Shown: positions 13,171-25,600 of the stretch, piece after piece
How positions within the stretch are numbered: position 1 is the first letter of the stretch
Layout: each line of letters opens with the position of its first letter
Assembly: GCA_951406725.2 (NCBI GenBank)
Contig: OX597814.1
Coordinates: 58,962,001-59,026,000, forward strand
Length of the DNA stretch: 64,000 nt
From: Octopus vulgaris
Lineage: Eukaryota
Direction: 5' to 3'
Made by a program: the position numbers and the translations under genes
The notes under the pieces: model-generated
Told to the model about the DNA's origin: nothing
The model's database searches: none
The model's input: only the letters and a program-made list of their open reading frames with translations

Positions 13171-15199
13171 ATATATATATATATTTATAAAACTAGTACA
13201 TACTTGAAATTAATTCTATGTTGTTCATACTCACCTACTTCTTAAAAGAGCACAGGTAGTCTAAATTTTAAAAAAATAGCAGATTAATTTTCTGAAGGTC
13301 AATGGCATCATTTCAAAAAGAACTGCTTTACTTTATCAAGTATGCTGTTGTAGTAAAGGTTGCTTCTTCTTACAACCTCCATTATTCTATTCAGTGAAAT
13401 AGATATAATCGATATGTTTCATAGATAATATCCATATGTACTAAATTTGAATTATATTTTATGAAACTTCGTCACACATTGAACATAGTTAGGCATTTGT
13501 CTGCACACGCAATCTATATCTATCTATAGTTTCTAAAATATATTCAGCACCCATTAATGATATATTAGCATTACTGAATTCTTTCATTAAATAGAGAAAA
13601 AATATATGTCAATTAAATCCCAATATCTTATATACTTTCTAATCGATATAATGTGAGAGGAACTTACTGAGCAAGAGTTAAGACTCATTGGTTTTGAGCC
13701 CATAAACTTTATGACAGTTTGTGGAAATAAATCTTTCGACGACTATATAAATTTGACGAGAATAATTTGTTGCCAAGCACTTATCGGTAGAAATAAATTT
13801 CAGAAAGACAGTAAATTTTTAAAATGTTCTCCCTTCCTTTACGGTAAAAGACGCAAATTTTGTGCGGTCAATTATTCTGAATGCATTTCTCCATTACATA
13901 TTATGCATATAAAGTTAAGTATTACAACAAATCTCTTGAAAGCTCTAAATCTCTATCGCATATATCAACGTACTTCTAGTTAAAATAATGTTTCGATAGA
14001 TGGCTTAGAAGGATAAATATGGTAATCCAGAACGTATTTTCTCCCTATACGTTACGTTGTTTGTAAAACATTTATGCTACTCTCTAATAGATTTCAACAT
14101 TCCAGTTTTATAAAACATGTATTGAAAATTATATTGCAACATATCATCAAATGTTATGGAAGAGACTTTGAATTAACATGACTGAATAAATATAGTAAAT
14201 ATTAAACGAGAAGTACGCGATTCGAAATTTATCCAAATTTTGTTCATGAAACACAATTTCACATTTCTCTAACATTTCTCACGTGATGGCACATAGATGA
14301 CGTTGAAGTTTGCCTCCACTTCATCGTTGGTGATGTACAATTATAACGTGAAATATTTCATGTGCATGAGTTCTTTAGAGACGCCCAAGCCCCCGATGAT
14401 CTGAATAATGCAGCAAGAATCGCATTCAATGCATGCCTGGTTTAAATTTTAAAAGATGGTTTTAGTCCTCTGTACAATAATTATTATGGGTGTTTTCTCT
14501 ACAACAAAAAGTATAATTCAAAGGGGATTTATAAAACAAGTTTGTACCCGTGTATTAAACCACCAAATTGTTTCCTTTTTATAATTGCAAACGATATCAT
14601 AAAGTTGTGAATTGTCACACTACTATATCCAGGTTGACATGTAGGTTGATTCATATTTTAATATTGTCATATATCCACCTATATTTTGGAGATTTCATCC
14701 TCCAACCACAGTCACACACCACAAAGAAAATGCTTAAAGTAACTAAAGGCTATTGCACATAAATTTGATATCGTTTTAGCACAGAGTATCTCTGTTTTGC
14801 ATACCTTAAAGGAAATACATATATCGTTTCTAGCCTAAAACACTGATACGACGTAATATCAGGACAAATTACACACCACTCGTATAGCTGTATAGATGTA
14901 AATGAAAATAGTTACTGCGAATAGATCAATTAGCCATTGGCATTCTTTTTACACTTACATATGGATACTTTGTTAGAGGCCTTCCTAATATACATTGGAA
15001 TTCCTATGCTATTTTTACTGATTGATTCCAAAGAGTAGCTATCACAAATCCATCATCTACTGTCCTCTTTACAGAAGGTATGCAAAAATAATCTCTAAAA
15101 CATAGCATCAAACAAAACGGCATTTAAAGTCAAGTACATCAACTACTTTATTCACTATCTCATATATACTGTTTCTGTCAAGGCAATGAGATGGAAGAT

Positions 15200-15370
15200 G
15201 CGTAGCTGCATTTTATCCGTCTAACGTCCTGAGTTCAAACTCCGCTGGGGTCGACATTACATTTCATCCTTTTCGGATTGATAAAATAAGTATCAGCTGA
15301 GCAATGGTTTCGGTGTAATCAAATCGACACCACAGCCGAAATTAGTAGTCTCACGCCAAAGTCTGAAACT
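15200..15370 (+). mobile_element. Degenerate SINE family B
   Basis: ctgagttcaaactccgctggggtcgacattacatttcatccttttcggattgataaaataagta. Confidence 0.8.
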
Positions 15371-15544
15371 AGTATAACATTTCTATCAATTAACAATGTT
15401 CAACACCACATTTCTAGAGTAATACTCAATACCTTGATTGAATAAATGTTTTTGCATAAATCCTTTTCAGTATTTCGAGTGGTGTTTCTCAATTTGTAGT
15501 TTAACAAATACACAAACATGTTTATGTACACAGAGAGAGGGATA

Positions 15545-15666
<122 letters not shown>

Positions 15667-15668
15667 AA

Positions 15669-16008
15669 GGCGCATGGCTCAGTGATTAGAGCGTCGAGCT
15701 TACGATCGTGAGGTTGTGAGCTCGAATCCCGGACCGGGCTGCGTGTTGTGTTCTTGAGCAAGACACTTTATTTCACGTTGCTCCAGTTCACTCAGCTGTA
15801 GAAATGAGTTGCGACGTCACTGGTGCCAAGCTATATCGACCTTTGTCTTTCCCTTGGATAACACTGGTGGCGTGGCGAGGGGAGGCTGGTATGCATGGGC
15901 GACTGCTGGTCTTCCATAAACAACCTTGCCTAGACTTGTGTCTAGGAGGGTAACTTTCTAGGTGCAATCCCATGGTCATTCATGACCGAAGGGGGTCTTT
16001 ACCCCTTT
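15669..16008 (+). mobile_element. Full-length tRNA-derived SINE family C
   Basis: A-box TGGCTCAGTGA and B-box GCTCGAATCCC, followed by ttcttgagcaagacac; homologous to 57029-57352 on the minus strand. Confidence 0.9.
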
Positions 16009-16882
16009 ATATATATTGCGTAAGTTGTAGAATACCAATATCAAATATGTATCCGAGAAAGCTTGTGCAACTAAAGCTGAAATGTGTTGTTTGATGATTG
16101 TGCAACTTTAATATTTACTAAATTTATTTAATATCTCCACTGCAAGCAAATGCTATTAGGTGTCAATTTGTAAGGTGTGTGGATCAGTCTAAACGTACAA
16201 TTTACGATAGTATTAAAGCAAAACAGGAGAAGATAATAAAACTCATAAAGAAAGTATTATTTATGACATGGTGTGTTACTTACTTGATAGAACGGACAAT
16301 ATATTTGAAATATTTTTGTTCAGATAGAGAAATAAAAGTATTGAACAATCTCCTGTGAGGTCTGGCAAGTAATATCAGTTTAAATTTGAATATTTACAAT
16401 GCTTTGCTAAGTTCGACAAAGAATATTACATAATACAAAAATAAGAACTAAGCAAATAATCTCCATTAATAAATGCTCTCTAAAAAATTCAATACATCAT
16501 CTTAAAATATCGGTCATATTATCATATATTTAATGGACATGTTTATAGTGAATATTTGTTCTTATATGTGCATACAAACACACATATGTATAATAATCTA
16601 ATCCTTCAAATAACAACGCTTTTCTGAGTGTGAAAATTCATAACGAAGTACTTGAACATTGCTTTTCAAGTAAAATAACATACACACACATACATATATA
16701 TTTGAAATATACACAAAAAACAAAAGACGAAGAGACGTATATAAACAACGAACAAGTGTATTAGATTATATATAATTAATCCAGTATAATGTATATTATA
16801 ATATATATGTAAATAAATTATAAATAACTAAGAAGAAAACAACCTGAGCGCGTGGTACATGCAAAGTATGCATTATATATAA

Positions 16883-16920
<38 letters not shown>

Positions 16921-17216
16921 GCAAATATATGTACATGCAATATATTGTTGTTGATCTCAGAAGCAATTGTAGTGGTGGAGATGATAAACGTGTCTTCATA
17001 TTAAATCGATTGCACCGCGTTTCTCAGGAAGTTTAAGAACAGCCTGAAAAGTTTTTGTATCAGAGATTTAACGGTTCTTTATCATGTAAACTACCGGTCT
17101 CATACACTTTGTCTCGACTCTCAACTGAACCGATCAGCAGTGATTTGTACTTAAATGTCCTTTGCAATACCTTCCAAACCAATGCTAGCTCTCGCTCTCT
17201 CTTTCGCTCCCTTTGC

Positions 17217-17258
<42 letters not shown>

Positions 17259-17294
17259 GCAAACACACATAAAAACACATATGTATATATATAT

Positions 17295-18539
17295 ATACAA
17301 GAACCTTAGATATATAAATGTTAATAGTAATCACCCATTTTCTATTAAAAAATCGTTGATTAATAATATAAATAAACGTATTTCATTACTCTCTTATGAT
17401 ATAGAGATTTTTAATAAACATGCTAATTATTATAATGAGGCCCTTAGAGGGGCAGGTTATAATAGGAATATTAAATTTTATAATATTAGTGATAAAGATT
17501 TAATTGATAATTTTCGAGATACTTCTAATAATAATTATAATTTTGTTAGGTTTAGTGGTAAAAATAATAGATATTATAAAAAAAATAATAAAAATGATAA
17601 AAATATAAATAAGAATAATAATAATAATAATAAATATAATAATAATAATAATATAAATAAGAATAATAAAAATAAAAATAAATTTAATAATTATTATAAT
17701 AATTATATTGATAAAATTAATAATATTAATAATTCCTTAAATGCTGTACATAGATATAATTTTGATAATAATTTTAATAAAATAAAGAATTATAAATATA
17801 TTTATAATAATGATAATAATAATAAGGTTAATAAGAATAAAATTTGGTTAATAGTTCCTTATGGAGATCAAGTAAAAACGAATATTATTAAAGAGATTTT
17901 AGATGTTATAGAACTATTTATTAGAGATAATCGTAAATATAGAAACATTTTCTCTTTTAATAATTTGGAGTTGGTTATTCTATCACTAATAATGTTGGTA
18001 ACATTATTTCTTCATTTAATAAATATAAACTGAATAATTTTTATAAAAAGAAATATAATATTAATAATGATAAGACTTATATTAATTGTACATGTAGAGA
18101 TAAATCTAATCGTATATTAAATAATAATTGTGATATTAACGATGTAGTGTATAAATGTATAGTTACATTACATGATAATAACTTTAAGAATAATAATTAC
18201 CCAAACGCGGTTTATATAGGTTCTACTTCCTCAAAAATAAAACTAAGAATCGCACAACATATGAATTCTTTTAAAAATAAAAACTTAATCAACTCAACCG
18301 GACTTAGTAAGTACATTTGGAGTCTTAAATCACTAAATATTAATTATAGTTTAATTTGGGAAATAATTTGTAAAACTAAATCATATACTATAGGAGCTAA
18401 TTGTTGTTATTTATGCTCTAATGAGTTTAAAGAAATTTTATTTTATAAGTATGATAATTTACTTAATACTGGTGAAGAGCGCAAAATAAAATGCCGACAT
18501 AAGTTACTTTACCTATATAATAAGTTTCATGATAAATAG
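17295..18539 (+). pseudogene. Frameshifted PLE RT C-terminus plus GIY-YIG endonuclease
   Basis: ORFs 17155..18033 and 18147..18539 are joined by a frameshift near 17960. The N-terminus of the first ORF is microsatellite read-through. Confidence 0.9.
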
Positions 18540-18976
18540 CAATAATAGTTCCCTATTAGATTACTTTAGTTTAGTTTAAATTAGTTTAGATAATATATGT
18601 TTTGGTTATGTAGTCTAGGCTTTAATTATAGTTAGTCTTTATTGATATTTCTTTGTTTTAATTAGTTCATTTTTAATGTATATTAATATAACAGTTTATG
18701 GTATGTTAAAACTTTAATAATTTATATTAGATTTTTTTTTATTTTCTTTATTTATATATTTTTTTATTTTTATTTTATTTTATTATGTATTTTTATTATG
18801 CATTTGTTATATGTATTTTGGAGGATATATTTATATGTTGATGGGTGTTATTTAGTGGTGTTTTTATTGAGTTTTGTATGTATGTGTGAATGTTTACGAT
18901 CCCTTTGTTTTTTGTTTTTTATTTGGTATGTTGAATTGACAGATTTTATTTGGGTATTGTCTGTTATAATAAAGTA

Positions 18977-19720
18977 TACACACCCATAACAAATATAAGT
19001 GCCCACTTCATTCGCGCGTACCTGGAATTGCATGTGAGCCTCAAAATATACACCAAACGGCCACTCCCGCCCCATACGGACAAATAAATACATACATCCC
19101 CACAAATGGGCTTAATCCCACTTACACCAATCATATGTATACAATTATACACACTAGAATAATACATAACTAACCCAAATATATAGAACATATTAAAAAT
19201 CACCAACAAACAACCATCACAAATGAAACCTACACCCATACAATGACAAAACTCCCCCTCCATACCCAATTTACACCCACATAGCAATCCCAATATATTC
19301 ATCCATACATGGATGCACGTGCGTGAAGCACATGCACACAATAAATACGTACAACCCCCCAATACACACTCATATACATACGTATTAAGCTCGACATCCA
19401 CAACGATACGCATACACCCACTCACACCCAGATGGGTGAATTGCACAACCAGGGAACGCACACAAACGTGTGCGTATTTTGATTGTGCAACTCGCCCATA
19501 TGCATGTATGCGGGCGCGATTACATTGTTGCACATATCGAGCCCAACTAGCATGCATATGTACATGTGAGGGGGTACACGTACATGCCGTGCGCGTGTAC
19601 CCCCTGCATTTATACCCGTGCGTGAATATACACATGGAGACTACCACACAGGTACAAATGTGTATAGTAATGGGAGCCCCATCACTACACTTAATGTATA
19701 CTCTCACCCATCCGCACGGA
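18977..19720 (-). repeat. Inverted, diverged copy of the GT-rich repeat units at about 20250-21450
   Basis: Strand composition flips to AC-rich. The reverse complement contains tttggtgtatattttgaggctc, gggattgctatg and tcgagcttaatacgtatgtatatg, matching 20970, 20663 and 20395. Confidence 0.75.
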
Positions 19721-19959
19721 TGTGAAAGCGAATCTCCGGTGTATATGTTGAGGCTTATATGTAGCGCTGTGGAGGTGAACGTCGTTGAAATTGTGAATGA
19801 ATGGGTGGAGTTGGGAATTGTAACCGGGTGGTGGGCTAGCGTTGCTTGGAATTGGGAATGGAATAGTGTAATAGTAAGGCAGGCATCGAGAATAGATTTG
19901 GGTTACTGCAAGTTGTTTGTTAGAGCTGCTAAGATGAGCTAAAGCTCATAAATATATAT

Positions 19960-21620
19960 AATAATTTATTATTATGGTAGTTTTATTAAAGAATCCATTC
20001 ATAATAAATTTTTTTTAAGTAGTGATGGTTTGCCACGTGGATATAGTTTTTAGTTCCATTTATTCTATTTCTCCATTCATAATTTTAAATGACGTTTACT
20101 TTCCATGGCGCGTATTCTTTTTTTACATAAGTTATATTTCTATGGTAACGTAATTTTGGTTTGATTTTTTTAACGGCTAAGAATTTAATTTCACTTCATA
20201 ATTTGAAACTGACTTGTAAGTATGTATTTTATTTCTCCTTATGTCATATTGTTATTTTGATATTCTGGTTAATTACGATGTATTTAATGTTGTTTTTTAT
20301 TGGAGTGTTTATGTATATGAGATTGTGTGTGACTTTTTAGTTGTATAATTTATTTATCTGTATGAGTGTGGGTGTGTAAATATTGTTGTATATATCGAGT
20401 TTAGTGAGTATGTATATGCGTATATTGAGGGAGTATATGTATCTGTTGTGTGTGTGTGTTTTGCGTGTGTGTGTGTTTGTGTGTGAATGTGTATATGGGT
20501 TTGTTATTTAGGTTTTGGGATGTATGTGTTAATTTGTCTGTGTGGGGAGGGAGTGGGTTTTTGGTGTATATTGAGGTTTATAAGTTAGTATAGGTATGTG
20601 TATAAGTTGTGGGTCTGTGGTTTACGTGTGTGTTTTTTTGTGTGTGAATGTTTAGGTTAGGGGGATTGCTATATAGGTTTGTTATAGAGTTTAGCAAAGG
20701 GAGATTTTATCGTTATATGTTTTTAAGAGTTTTGGTTTATCATGTTTTTTTTTTAGGGAATTCGTGGTAATTTGTCTATTTTCGATGTTGGTTGTTTTAT
20801 TACATTGTTTCATTCATAATTTTTGAGTGGTGTTCGTTTTGCCACGTGAATATTATTTTTAATTCCATTTATTCCATTTCTCCATTCATTATTTTAAAGA
20901 TGTTCGTTTCCAGAGCGGTTATATATTTTTTATACATATGTTAAGTTCCTTGGTAAAGTAATTTTGTTTGGTGTATATGTTGAGGCTTATATGTACTTGT
21001 GGGTGTGTGTGAGTGGGGTGGGTGTTTGTATTTGTTATGGGTGTGTGGTTTACGTGTGTGTATTTGTGTGTGAATGTATAGGTTAAAGGGATTGCTATAT
21101 AAGTATGTTATAGTGTTTAGTAAAGGGAGGTTTTATCATTTATGTTTTGTGAGTTTTAGCTTATCATGGTAGTTTTATAAAAGAATCCATTCATAATTTT
21201 TGTGTTTATTTGTCTGTGTGGGGTTGAGTGGGTTTTTGGAGTATATGTTGAGGTTTATATGTATGTATAGGTATGTGTAAGTGGTGTGGGTATTTGTATA
21301 TGTCGTGGGTGTGTGGTTTATGTGTGTGTATTTGTGTGTGAATGTTTAGGTTAGGGGGATTGCTATATAGGTATGTTATAGAGTTTAGTAAAGGGAGATT
21401 TTATCATTATATGTTTTTATGAGTTTTGGTTTATCATGGTAGGTTTGTTAAGGAATTCGTAGTAATTTGTGTCTATTTGCGATGTCTGTTGTTTTATTGC
21501 ATTGTTTCATTCATAATTTTTAAGTAGTGTTCGTTTTACCAAGTGAATATAATTTTTAATTCCATTTATTCCATTTCTCCGTTCATAATTTTAAGTGATG
21601 TCCGTTTTCTAGAGCGTGAA
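19960..21620 (+). repeat. Imperfect tandem repeat with units of about 700-800 bp and partial subunits
   Basis: ttgccacgtg/ttccatttattc at about 20031, 20839 and 21536; gg(t/a)gtatatgttgagg at 19738, 20563, 20970 and 21238. Confidence 0.8.
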
Positions 21621-22054
21621 TGTGGGTTGTATGTGTGTGTGTGTGGGAGTATGAATAAGTATTGTGTTGAAGTATTTAGCTATTTTATTTATTTATAGTT
21701 GCCTAGACGTTTTTATGTGTATGTATAGGGATATATATATAGGTGTGTGATTTAGTGTATGTAGTTAGATATGGTTATATATAATTAGGTATATGTGTAT
21801 GGGTGTATATATAGTTTATTATTATATTATTATTATTTTTTTGTTTTGTTTTATATTTTATATTTTATATTTTATATTTTATATTTAATTGTTGATAGGT
21901 TTATTTTAGTTTATATATTGTTTATATATTGATTATATATGGATTATATATAGGTTATATATGGATTATATATTTATATTTTTTCATTCATACTTTAATT
22001 ATTTTAAAATTATTATTTTTATATTTTAAAATATTGATATTTTAGATTGGAAGT

Positions 22055-22097
22055 CCACCTGAAGATTGTCGATCAAGACAAGAAACAATTGTAGTGG
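22055..22097 (+). ncRNA. Minimal type I hammerhead ribozyme
   Basis: CCAC-CUGAAGA-UUGUC(GAUCAA)GACAA-GAAA-CAAUUG-UA-GUGG; all three stems pair. Confidence 0.85.
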
Positions 22098-22217
22098 CGG
22101 TTTTTTTGACTATTTATTAAAATTTTATGTATTGATTAAGTCTTTCCTTGTTTGTTTTGCAAAATAGTGGTTTTGTCTCTAATAATATTTTATACAAAAA
22201 TATATATAATATATATA

Positions 22218-22332
22218 TTCTTTTATTCTTTTATTTGTTTAAGACATTTGACTGCGGCCATGCTAGAGCACAATCTTTAGTGGATAAAATCGACCCTATG
22301 TCTTATTCTTTATAAGCCCAGTACTTACTCTA
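22218..22332 (-). mobile_element. SINE family A 3' fragment
   Basis: catttgactgcggccatgct...aagcccagtactta matches 12792-12875. Confidence 0.8.
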
Positions 22333-22395
22333 CTATAGCCATCAGTAAGTAATGGAAACATAATTGAAGGGAGAAAAAATCACATAATATTATGA

Positions 22396-22447
<52 letters not shown>

Positions 22448-22469
22448 GTAGTAGTTGTTGTTGTTGTTT

Positions 22470-23010
22470 AAGGCAGCGAACTGACAGAATCGTTAGCACG
22501 TATGAACGGAATGCTTAGCTTCGTTCTGATTGTTTCGAGCTGATAAAATAAGTACCAGTTGAATAATGATGTCATTGTAATTAACTTATTCTCTCCCACG
22601 AAATTGCCGCCCTTGTGGCGGGATTTGCAACCACAATTGTTATTATTAACGCGGCGAGTTGGCACGCTGAACGAAATGCTTAGCGTTCTGAGTTCAAATT
22701 CCGCCGAGGTCGACTTTACCTTTCATCCTTTCGAGGACGATAAATTAAGTACCAGTTACGTACTGTGTTCGATATAATCGGCTTAATCCGTTTGTCTATC
22801 CTTGTTTGTCCTCTCTGTGTTTAGCCCCTTGTGGGTAGTAAAGAAATAGGTATTTCGTCTGTCTTCACGTTCTGAATTCAAATTGCCCCGAGGTCAACTT
22901 TGCCTTTTATCTTTTTGGGGTCAATAAATTAACTACCAGTTGAGTATTTGTGTCGATATAATGGAATTAAATCTTCCCCATAAATTTCAGACCTTGTACC
23001 TATTGCAGAA
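22470..23010 (+). mobile_element. Cluster of three SINE family B copies
   Basis: ggcagcgaactgacagaatcgttagcacg head and repeated gttcaaattccgccgaggtcgactttacctttcatcc cores. Confidence 0.85.
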
Positions 23011-23029
23011 ATGATTATTATTTTTTATT

Positions 23030-23075
23030 ATTGTTACCATTATTGTTGTTTTTGTTGTTGTTGTTGTTATTATTA

Positions 23076-23166
<91 letters not shown>

Positions 23167-23186
23167 CATCATTATTATTATTATTA

Positions 23187-23217
<31 letters not shown>

Positions 23218-23259
23218 AAGAAGAAGAAGAAGAAGACGAAGAAGAAGAAGAAGAAGAAG
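23030..23259. repeat. Compound (TGT)n(TAT)n(GAA)n trinucleotide microsatellite
   Basis: Read directly from the sequence. Confidence 0.95.
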
Positions 23260-24389
23260 TTTCCATTTTTATTTTAATTTTATTTGTAACGAAAAATTTC
23301 CATGAAGCTGATTTGTTTTCGGTGGCTATATGTCTTGCGTATATTTCCACTACGAAAGTATCGCAGGTCTATTGTACTTATCGGAATTCAAGTAACAAGA
23401 GTAGCTCTACCTTGCCATTGTTTTCAAGTAAAATGTTTGTTACATGTATAATCTTATCCTTTTCACTTCCTCGACTATTACAATTACCTTTGTTGCAACT
23501 ATATCCATTAATATGTTATTCATTTTGAATTGGATCTCCTTATAGTTTCTTTTGAATAGTACTTGTAATTTCCTATTTCATACTTTCCCTTCGGTTTCAG
23601 AAACTCAATGTGATAAGTATTAAGGTAAAAATGAATTTTTTGTCACTGTACAGGTTGAGATACATACACAAGTACGTTTATATATATAAATAAATACATA
23701 TATATATATATATATATATACAAACACACATATAAAAACGTAGAAGCTAACACGCACAAACATACAAAGAAGCACATGTTTGCTGATATATATGCATGCG
23801 TGTAAGCTCATGAAAGTGTGTGATAAAATATTAAATTTCAATTTTTCTGGTATTTACACCAAAGTTATGAACAGTTTTTGCCAAAGGATATATAGATGAG
23901 TGTTATTGATTTCAGATTATGCTTGATGCCTTTCATTGCACATAACTTTGTTTTGCATATTATCGCTAAGACATATGAATGCAGATATACATTATTGTAG
24001 AAAGATCGTGTTTATGATTTAGATGCTTTGCTTTTGCAAACCTATACACAGTATAAAAAGAAATATTACTACTTGGCGGCCGAGAGCACATCTCATATAT
24101 TCAACAGTAATTCATCAACAAAGGAATTCTTTAAATAATTACTGATCAATAAATGAAGCACTTCAAACTCTGGAAAAACTGTAAAGCCATTCAGTGGTAA
24201 GCCATAGATTTCTTTGTGGTAAAAAGAATGCAAAACACTAATGAAATCTGAATTATAATCAATGTACTCTGTATGATTACATTTACATATTTACGCTTCA
24301 TGGTATACCGTTTTATTTTCTGTTGGGTGAATAACGTGTTCTGTTTTAGTTTAGAGAAAAACCATATGAATCATTCATTTACCTTTCTT

Positions 24390-24442
<53 letters not shown>

Positions 24443-25179
24443 TGAAGAGAAATAACATCCATTGCGAAATAGAAGACGATTCCACCGTTTTCTTTTATTC
24501 GCAATAAGCGTATTAAAAGTAAAGAGTATAGCGGAAATGCAATATCAAACTATGTAGAGAATAAGGCTAATAATGATCTTGAATTAGTTACATCCAATTA
24601 TGCTCTCCTTTCAATTCTTTCCAGCTGACTACTTCCTTTTACCCCACCCAAGTACATATTATAAGTTGCAATATTATTTTATAATTCTGTTTAGTTTCTT
24701 GGTACGTAAATGTAATTATACATATCTTCGTTTGGCATTCATCATTTTACCGATTGATTTTGAGACCGTAAGTGAAAACTTTATTGTTGAAATTAAATAC
24801 TCAATCATGCCAAATATATTTGTATACGCCATCATTAAGCATATGGTGCATGATACTCGCCATGCGTCAATATAGCTTTCTGATTTGATTTCAAACCATA
24901 TGTTTTACAGATGATGAAGTAAATATCTTGACAGAATTTTGGTTTGTTCAGTGATATTCCCAAATGAATAAATACAATGTCTTTCTTCTGAGAACACTAC
25001 TAGTCGACGTTTTCATGCAAACTTTGAGAATGACAGAAAATAAAATATGAGTGGGAAGAAAATTTGAAGGTAACACGCGCTTCTGTTTTTACTCTTTATT
25101 TTTTGAGACACTCTCCCCAGTTGCCATTCATGTCATTGGAAAGCAAGGTTCTTACCACACAGCTATGCCTGACCCTTCG

Positions 25180-25256
<77 letters not shown>

Positions 25257-25291
25257 TTATATATATTATATCATATTATATTATATTATAT

Positions 25292-25352
<61 letters not shown>

Positions 25353-25355
<3 letters not shown>

Positions 25356-25600
25356 TAAAGGGATTCAAAGTCGTACCGGTTTCGTCAGTTACTGCTAACT
25401 GGCTTTGAATGCGCACCGAACAGTAATTGACGAAAACGGTATGACTTTGAATCCCTTTAACAATTCATGATATTGATTTTTATTCCTCTTAATTCTGCCT
25501 CAGTTCATCTAATTGTATATATTTATCTTGACTTTTCATTAAAAAGCCTTTATTTTATTATATTCAATGTGCATTTTCGCATTTTTCTCCTTACTTTCCC
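25353..25600. mobile_element. Miniature PLE-terminus fold-back (42-bp inverted arms 25353-25394 and 25421-25462)
   Basis: The arms carry the hammerhead 3' half GAC-GAAA-(C/A)CGG-UA; flanked by (TG)n and (TA)n. Confidence 0.6.

Larger units (their letters stand above)
17295..22200 (+). mobile_element. 5'-truncated Neptune-type PLE with a very long 3' region ending in a hammerhead
   Basis: RT thumb (LRYINVNSNHPFSI), linker IWLIVPYG, CTCRD..C zinc-knuckle, GIY-YIG (VVYKC...VYIGST...RIAQHMNSF...LSKYIWSLK...CYLC...CRHK), then a T/G-rich tail to the hammerhead at 22055. Linking the whole tail to this element is an inference. Confidence 0.75.

Noticed and set aside
15669-15745. tRNA gene
   Set aside because: A and B boxes are present, but the sequence runs into a SINE body repeated elsewhere and I could not form a complete cloverleaf.
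17085-17145. Minus-strand GAGACCGGTA resembling a hammerhead 3' half
   Set aside because: No matching CUGANGA with a complementary stem I.
18964-19942. Overlapping 247-aa and 209-aa ORFs as an accessory PLE gene
   Set aside because: They lie on a low-complexity AC/GT-rich inverted repeat that lacks stops by composition, and show no protein motif.
19960-23010. CRISPR-like or regularly spaced repeat array
   Set aside because: The repeats are long diverged tandem units and SINE copies, with no constant repeat and unique spacer period, in a eukaryotic context with no cas genes.
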